Positions 58,461 through 64,000 of a stretch of 64,000 bases of DNA are shown here, piece by piece. Where the stretch lies: the NCBI GenBank assembly GCA_027482685.1, contig JAIXVU010000008.1:68652-132651 (forward strand), in the 5' to 3' direction. Positions within the stretch are counted from its first letter, which is position 1. Each line of letters starts with the position of its first letter. The notes under the pieces are model-generated. The model ran no database searches. It had not been told where the DNA came from and saw nothing but the letters and a program-made list of their open reading frames with translations. Source of the DNA: a bacterium. Its GTDB lineage: Bacteria > Patescibacteriota > Minisyncoccia > Phycocordibacterales > UBA5272. The position numbers and the translations under genes were made by a program.

Positions 58461-59966
58461 CTACGATAACGACCTTAAAAATATCACAGCTTTGTTTTTG
58501 TACTCATCTTTTTTCTCATTACTCATCTTGCCATATAGAACTCCAATAAATCCAAGCCTCCCCTCTTTTTGAAGTACCTCATAATGCTTCCCCACAAAAC
58601 TCCAAAAAAGTGCATCCCATACCTCTGACCAATCGCCTTTCTTGTAATCACTCATCTTTAGAATATAGTTTGAACCTGAGATATAGGGCTTCGTAGTAAT
58701 TATTCCTCCATCAGCATAGAGTGCCATACTATACACATTCGGTACCATCACCCAGTCATATGCATCAATATACATTTCCATGAACCACTTGTACACTTCA
58801 TGAGGCTTAAAACCACACAGATTCATAAAGTTCCCCATCACCATAAGTCGTTCAATATGATGTGAGTAGCCAGTATGTAGTACACCCTGTATCATATGAT
58901 CAATAGGTAGTATTCCTGTAGCCCCTGTCCAAAAACTTTTCGGAATATCTCGTGATGCACTAAAGTAATTCTTGCTACGTATAGTCTTCCCTTCGCGTAT
59001 ATAGATAGCACGCATGTATTCTCTCCATCCTATAATCTGCCTAATAAATCCTTCAAGCGATGCAATAGGCACATTATTATTTTGTGCATACTGTAATGTC
59101 TGTTGTACAACATACTCCGGTGTAAGTAACCCGATATTAAGTAATGGTGAGAGTACACTGTGAAATAGCAACCCGTGTTCTATAATCATTGCATCCTCAT
59201 ATGGCCCAAATGATGCGAGCTTCACTGAAAGAAACTCACTGAGCCACGCACGTGCTTCTGAATGTGTAACAGTGTAGAAGAATCCAGAGAGATCTCCATA
59301 GTTCTTGCTAAAATTTTTCTCTACATATTTTTTTGCTTCTATGACATGAGTAGTATCTGAAGGTTTTGGCAACTCTGGCAACAGTAACCCTTTCGGAACC
59401 TTTTTTCTATTCTCTGTGTCATAGCTCCAAGTACCACCAACAGGCGCACCATCCTTTTCTATTAAAATACCAAGTCGCTTACGTTGCCACTCATAAAAAT
59501 TTTTCATAAAGTACATACGTTTACCCTGCTCTCTATCAAAATATTCTGCAAGCATTGCCCTACTTGTTAGGAAAAGTGGTGTTTCCTCTATCGTGTACAA
59601 AATATTACTTTTACTGAGTGCCTGCGTGAGCCGTGTCTCTAACCAATCATCAACCACATCAAAAAAATGCACGTGCGTAATAGAATAACCTTCGAGAATC
59701 TTCACAATATCTCCAGTATTTTTTAATGCATGTGTCTCTATGTAATGAACTACATACCCTTGCGCTACAAGCATCTCTTCGTAGCACTTCATACTCGCAC
59801 GATGTAGTGTAAGTTTTTGTTTATGAAAAACATACTGCGTAAAAAACAACGGCTCCTCAATAAGAATAACCACTCGCTTAGGTGAAAGTAATATATTTTT
59901 CTCAAATAGCTGATGAGGGTAAATGAGAACTGCTTCCGTAATTCTTTCTATAGTACTCTTTGTCAT
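58461..59966 (-). CDS. cryptochrome/photolyase-family protein of the PhrB/FeS-BCP-related (COG3046-like) type, but with only 2 Cys, so no 4-Cys Fe-S ligand set
   Basis: 501 aa. FAD-domain analogues LSPLLNIGLL, IIGWREYMRAIY, HHIERLMVMGNF, IDAYDWVMVPNVYSMALYADGG. Confidence 0.65.
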   Translation of the reverse strand: MTKSTIERITEAVLIYPHQLFEKNILLSPKRVVILIEEPLFFTQYVFHKQKLTLHRASMKCYEEMLVAQGYVVHYIETHALKNTGDIVKILEGYSITHVHFFDVVDDWLETRLTQALSKSNILYTIEETPLFLTSRAMLAEYFDREQGKRMYFMKNFYEWQRKRLGILIEKDGAPVGGTWSYDTENRKKVPKGLLLPELPKPSDTTHVIEAKKYVEKNFSKNYGDLSGFFYTVTHSEARAWLSEFLSVKLASFGPYEDAMIIEHGLLFHSVLSPLLNIGLLTPEYVVQQTLQYAQNNNVPIASLEGFIRQIIGWREYMRAIYIREGKTIRSKNYFSASRDIPKSFWTGATGILPIDHMIQGVLHTGYSHHIERLMVMGNFMNLCGFKPHEVYKWFMEMYIDAYDWVMVPNVYSMALYADGGIITTKPYISGSNYILKMSDYKKGDWSEVWDALFWSFVGKHYEVLQKEGRLGFIGVLYGKMSNEKKDEYKNKAVIFLRSLS

Positions 59967-59972
59967 TTTTAT

Positions 59973-61100
59973 TTATAGATATAAATATGCTTCACATTTT
60001 TTCCAATACGACATAAATCCCCGTGGAACATGCGCAATCTCTGGAAACAGATACTCAGGTGAAGAGACTACACCTGGCCATCTTTCTAATGCAGGATGAC
60101 TTTTCCTGTATACACTTTTACCTATCGACCATTCCTTCAGTTCATCTAATGTACCAACCACAATATGAATGCTTGGTATATTCTTAGAAAGAGCACATAT
60201 AAATGCTATGCGTGCAGGGCTAACAGGAAACATAGTAAGTTCGTCTCTATCAATAAAAAGCACTTTTGTAGCTGGGGTATTTACAGGGTTCCATGTTGGG
60301 TCAAGTGTCCAGATGCTGTACAGCATATAACTATCTCCAGATAGCATATCTAAGGTACCTGTACTCTTAAATAACTCAAAATCCGTAGTAAGTGTAAACG
60401 GCACACCCTCCTCTAGCTCCTTAGGATCAAGCACCGTAAGGAGTGACGTGTCGACATCTAGATATGTATTGTTTTGGCGTACTGGAGAGAACTTATTGAT
60501 CATCTCTTGATTTGCAACATATTGTTTTGAACTAAATGTACCAGCAACCCATTGCCATGAGAGAGTGTTTGATGCCTTATCTCCATCTACAAGATAGTAG
60601 AACATATACCGACTCACATCCCACCAACTATAATGCCCGACATTTGTAGCGAGCATTGCTTGCCACATGCGAGCATGATTATGCATGTATCCAGTTGTAT
60701 AGAGACTCGCATACGCAGTATCTATTGCAATGATTCCTGTTGTAGCATCCACAAAAGCCTTCGGCACACCGTATCGCCTCACCCCAGTTTGCGGAGATTT
60801 AAGGTCTTTAAAAATTCTATCTTGCTCCTCAGTATACACCCTCTGAAAGAACTCTCTCCACGCAAGTTCAAAGATAAACGTATACGACTCTTTCACTGAG
60901 TACTTCTTAAGCACACTATCTCGCACATACGGAAGCGAGACAACCCCGTGTGTAAGATATGGTGAGATATGCGTGACGGCACCATCAATGTTATTTCTAC
61001 TTCGAGCGTAGTGTACTGGGTTGATAGATTCTAATCGTTCAATAATTTTCTGGTACTCTGTTGGGAAGGATGGAGGCATAATGACAAAATTAGTATACAC
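59973..61100 (-). CDS. photolyase FAD-binding-domain protein with atypical domain order: the canonical FAD domain is at the N-terminus, followed by a ~160-aa C-terminal alpha/beta-like domain. Starts at a GTG at 61100 or the ATG at 61079.
   Basis: HISPYLTHGVVS, ELAWREFF, TGIIAIDTAYASLYTTGYMHNHARMWQA, DGDKASNTLSWQWVAGT. There is no N-terminal photolyase alpha/beta domain. Confidence 0.65.
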   Translation of the reverse strand: MYTNFVIMPPSFPTEYQKIIERLESINPVHYARSRNNIDGAVTHISPYLTHGVVSLPYVRDSVLKKYSVKESYTFIFELAWREFFQRVYTEEQDRIFKDLKSPQTGVRRYGVPKAFVDATTGIIAIDTAYASLYTTGYMHNHARMWQAMLATNVGHYSWWDVSRYMFYYLVDGDKASNTLSWQWVAGTFSSKQYVANQEMINKFSPVRQNNTYLDVDTSLLTVLDPKELEEGVPFTLTTDFELFKSTGTLDMLSGDSYMLYSIWTLDPTWNPVNTPATKVLFIDRDELTMFPVSPARIAFICALSKNIPSIHIVVGTLDELKEWSIGKSVYRKSHPALERWPGVVSSPEYLFPEIAHVPRGFMSYWKKCEAYLYL

Positions 61101-61136
61101 AATTAAGGTAATAAATAAAAAACTACGATATATTTT

Positions 61137-62678
61137 TTAGTCTTCAGAAGTGGACATAGCTTCTTTCTTTAGCGTAGATATTTTTCTCGTTACCTTCGTA
61201 ACTCGTCTTTTTCGTGAACCATGTTTTATGTATACTTTTCTTGCTATTTCTTTACTCGAAGCTTTCTTGACTCCGAAGGTTTTAAGTTTGTGCAGTTTGC
61301 TGGCTTCTTTGAAGTTAACGATAGGACCTGGATATGCGCTTTGAGTTATTGTAAAAAGTGATACTTCCGGATATGCGAGGATATCCTCTATCTTTACATC
61401 TCGAAGTTCTGGTAGCCATTTTTTAACAAAGGTACAATTCGGATCTTGATCAAGAAGCTGCTTATGCGGACTATACACCCGTATTGTATTAATACCAATT
61501 ACCCCAGCTTGCATCTGCATCTGGCTCCAGTGGATACCAGGCTCATAATCCAAAAATATACTAGCAAGAAATCTCCCCACAAGACGCCAATCAAGATCAA
61601 GTCCAAACACTGCATAACTCACAAGAAGCGCCCTCATACGAAAATTAATAAATCCCGTTGTGCGCAAGCATCGTATACATGCATCAATAAGGACCTCTCC
61701 AGTCTGCCCAGCCATATACTTTTGGAAGAGCTCTTCATTATGTGTGTACTCTATCTGATTAAACTCACTATTAATAGCAGTAAGTGGCATCATACAATCA
61801 TCTTCAATACGCTGAACAAAATGCCCCCTCCAGTGAAGCCGCTCAGTAGCTGCAAGGAGTCCACTTTTCTTTTTCTTATCTTCGTGTACCTGTATCATGT
61901 TTGAAAATGTATGATGTATATATCTCACTGATAAGCTTCCGTAAGAAATAAACTGTGATAATCGTGACCCATGCAGAAGAGCACTATTTGGACTAGATAT
62001 GCCACCTCTATAGCCACCTACTCTTACATCAACAAATGATTGTAGAACCTTCATGCCACATTTTTCGGAGCATTTTTCGAGCTGATACTTTTTTCCTATG
62101 TTATTTTTTATACGTTCTAACGATGCTACTACGTTATCGACACCAAACTCTTTTGTAAGATCGATACTACTTACACTGCGTAGTCGTGGTATTGGCATTA
62201 TACTTGAGCTTAGGCACTCTCTTATAGACTGATTTCTTGTATCTCTGCTAGTAAGCCTCCTTACGATACCACTATGAGGAATTTGTATCCAAGATATAGC
62301 ATTCTCCTTGCAGAACCTTAGGATTCTTTTGTCTCTTCTATAGGTACCATATGTACCTGCTTCTTCATGACTTATGAGATATTGCACCTTTTCCTTGTTA
62401 TGTATTTTTTCTAAAAGATGTATAACACTTCCATGAAAAATAACTGGAGAAATACCATGGTGCATATAGTTATGATAAAGCGGCAGCATAGCACTCAAAA
62501 CTCCATACTGTTGAAACTCTGAGAATTCATACGATGTATCTTCGTTTTCTATGAGATCAGTCTCGAGTCCCATAATAGGAAGCATTGGCATATTTTCTTC
62601 TACACTTATGGCAACAGCTTTATGCAAAGCCTCATTATCATGAAGCCTAAAATCTCTTTTGTGAAAATAAATAATCAT
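61137..62678 (-). CDS. deoxyribodipyrimidine photolyase/cryptochrome-family protein (full length, N-terminal alpha/beta domain plus FAD domain) with a basic C-terminal tail
   Basis: MIIYFHKRDFRLHDNEAL. TGEVLIDACIRCLRTTGFINFRMRALLVSYAVFGL. DYEPGIHWSQMQMQAG. Confidence 0.75.
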   Translation of the reverse strand: MIIYFHKRDFRLHDNEALHKAVAISVEENMPMLPIMGLETDLIENEDTSYEFSEFQQYGVLSAMLPLYHNYMHHGISPVIFHGSVIHLLEKIHNKEKVQYLISHEEAGTYGTYRRDKRILRFCKENAISWIQIPHSGIVRRLTSRDTRNQSIRECLSSSIMPIPRLRSVSSIDLTKEFGVDNVVASLERIKNNIGKKYQLEKCSEKCGMKVLQSFVDVRVGGYRGGISSPNSALLHGSRLSQFISYGSLSVRYIHHTFSNMIQVHEDKKKKSGLLAATERLHWRGHFVQRIEDDCMMPLTAINSEFNQIEYTHNEELFQKYMAGQTGEVLIDACIRCLRTTGFINFRMRALLVSYAVFGLDLDWRLVGRFLASIFLDYEPGIHWSQMQMQAGVIGINTIRVYSPHKQLLDQDPNCTFVKKWLPELRDVKIEDILAYPEVSLFTITQSAYPGPIVNFKEASKLHKLKTFGVKKASSKEIARKVYIKHGSRKRRVTKVTRKISTLKKEAMSTSED

Positions 62679-62845
62679 AGCAATACTTATAATACTACCG
62701 TATCTTAAGCATAATGATAATCAAAAAAGACAGCTACTATACTAAGAAGTATATATAGAGAAGACAAGATTCTCTTATATATCACTCATCCACCGCTCAA
62801 CAAAAATGGCCACCTGGGTTCTAGGGTGGCGCATTTTTGTACAAG

Positions 62846-62932
62846 CGGAGAAAGTGGGATTCGAACCCACGGGGCTAATAAAAGCCCGACGGTTTAGTAA
62901 ACCGTTGATTTAAACCACTCATCCATTTCTCC
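62846..62932 (-). tRNA. type-II tRNA, Ser-like (G73 discriminator, long variable arm), with anticodon loop TTACTAA, i.e. apparent anticodon ACT
   Basis: Reverse complement GGAGAAATGGATGAGTGGTTTAAATCAACGGTTTACTAAACCGTCGGGCTTTTATTAGCCCCGTGGGTTCGAATCCCACTTTCTCCG. Confidence 0.6.
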
Positions 62933-63040
62933 AAAGTCATCGTAGTATACACGAAAACAAAGAACTTTTCCTCCCCATCATTTTTGCAAAAAAATACTCT
63001 TAACACCACAGCTACAGCTCTTATGCTACACTTTTATTAT

Positions 63041-63733
63041 ATGAAACAAAATAAAATATCGTACAGTCTTTACGCATTAATTGGTATTCTAAGTATTGCA
63101 GTTGGATATTATATCTACACTACAAGTACAAAAGAAAAAGTTACTTCCGGCGCTTCCCCTTCCATGTCATTTTTTATTACATCAGCAAACCCAGGCAGTG
63201 GCGCTAACCTAGGAGGACTCGCTGGTGCTGATATGTACTGCAAAACTCTCGCAGAGCGCTCTGGTCTTACAGGTAAGGAGTGGCGTGCATACTTAAGCAC
63301 TACAGCAAGTGGTAGTCAAAAGGCTGTGAACGCACGAGACAGAATCGGAAACGGTCCATGGTACAACTACAAAGGTGAACTCGTTGCGTCAAATCTAGAA
63401 GAGCTTCATTCTGAAAATAAAATTACGAAAATAACTGCTCTCACAGAAAAAGGAGAGATAGTTTCAGGGCGAGGTGATGCTGTTAACGTTCACGATATCT
63501 TAACCGGATCAAATGACAAAGGAATGCTCGTAGCAACATCAACCGATACAACATGTAGTAACTGGACATCCTCAGATAAAGGATCTGCATATGTTGGCCA
63601 TCATGACAGAATAGGTATCAACGACTCCCAAGCCATGAAGTCATGGAATTCATCCCATCTATCACGTGGCTGTAGTTTAGAAGGACTCAAGTCTACAGGT
63701 GGTGGTGGACTCTTCTACTGCTTTGCACAATAA
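63041..63733 (+). CDS. hypothetical membrane-anchored protein (start MKQNKISY)
   Basis: N-terminal TM helix YSLYALIGILSIAVGYYIY. Terminator AAAAAAGAGTCCGCATATGCGGACTCTTTTTT at 63815-63850. Confidence 0.5.
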   Translation: MKQNKISYSLYALIGILSIAVGYYIYTTSTKEKVTSGASPSMSFFITSANPGSGANLGGLAGADMYCKTLAERSGLTGKEWRAYLSTTASGSQKAVNARDRIGNGPWYNYKGELVASNLEELHSENKITKITALTEKGEIVSGRGDAVNVHDILTGSNDKGMLVATSTDTTCSNWTSSDKGSAYVGHHDRIGINDSQAMKSWNSSHLSRGCSLEGLKSTGGGGLFYCFAQ

Positions 63734-63814
63734 AAAATAGACTAGGCACTTACAACAACACGTCCCAAGAGACGATGATAATTTCACCGCAAAATCTTTC
63801 TCGTTGCCGCAAAA

Positions 63815-63850
63815 TAAAAAAGAGTCCGCATATGCGGACTCTTTTTTATT
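63815..63850 (+). terminator. rho-independent terminator
   Basis: GAGTCCGCA-t-ATGCGGACTC flanked by A- and T-runs. Confidence 0.75.
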
Positions 63851-63853
63851 TTG

Positions 63854-63941
63854 CGGAGACGATGAGATTCGAACTCATGAAGGTATTACTACCTTGCCTC
63901 GTTAGCAGTGAGGTGCCTTCGACCAGCTCAGCCACGTCTCC
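63854..63941 (-). tRNA. tRNA-Ser(GCT), type II
   Basis: Reverse complement GGAGACGTGGCTGAGCTGGTCGAAGGCACCTCACTGCTAACGAGGCAAGGTAGTAATACCTTCATGAGTTCGAATCTCATCGTCTCCG. Confidence 0.8.
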
Positions 63942-64000
63942 GTATTGATATTCTACTACCTACACACTTTTCTGCACGTTTGTATATCTGTGATCGACCA

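Overview
This 64 kb window is gene-dense and moderately AT-rich, with most genes on the minus strand. It carries a core information-processing backbone: a C-terminal RelA/SpoT fragment, ParB, MiaA, GatB, Obg, the dnaG-rpoD pair, rpoB-rpoC, a DEAD-box helicase, PrmC-MurI-TrhO, and ligA-gatC-gatA. It also has a complete type IV pilus cluster (pilM-N-O-P-like-B-T-C-pilA-pilD plus four pseudopilins) with a divergently oriented ComFC. An accessory stretch holds a family-4 UDG, a Prx5-like peroxiredoxin, a DUF305 protein, a FAD-linked oxidase, a quinone oxidoreductase, and three tandem photolyase/cryptochrome-family genes. There are six tRNAs: Leu-CAA, Asp-GTC, two CAT-anticodon tRNAs, and two type-II Ser-like tRNAs. 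The gene content and the short Obg suggest a small Patescibacteria/CPR-like genome; this is inference only. The standard genetic code appears to be in use, because long genes are intact with TGA as a stop. The most striking signals are non-coding. Two different conserved elements occur in two copies each and bracket both the rpoBC operon and the DEAD-box helicase gene. One is a ~185-nt structured element just 5' of each unit, with compensatory base changes between the copies. The other is a ~125-nt structured element just 3' of each unit. A family of exactly repeated GC-rich palindromic terminators follows several genes. A tRNA-rich hotspot at 35.9-38.7 kb has repeated tRNA-end fragments, long perfect hairpins fused to tRNA 3' ends, and an unknown 409-aa gene. 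Three small, sharply GC-rich genes (55-60% GC by eye, against 35-45% around them) look foreign. No CRISPR array, integrase or transposase was seen.
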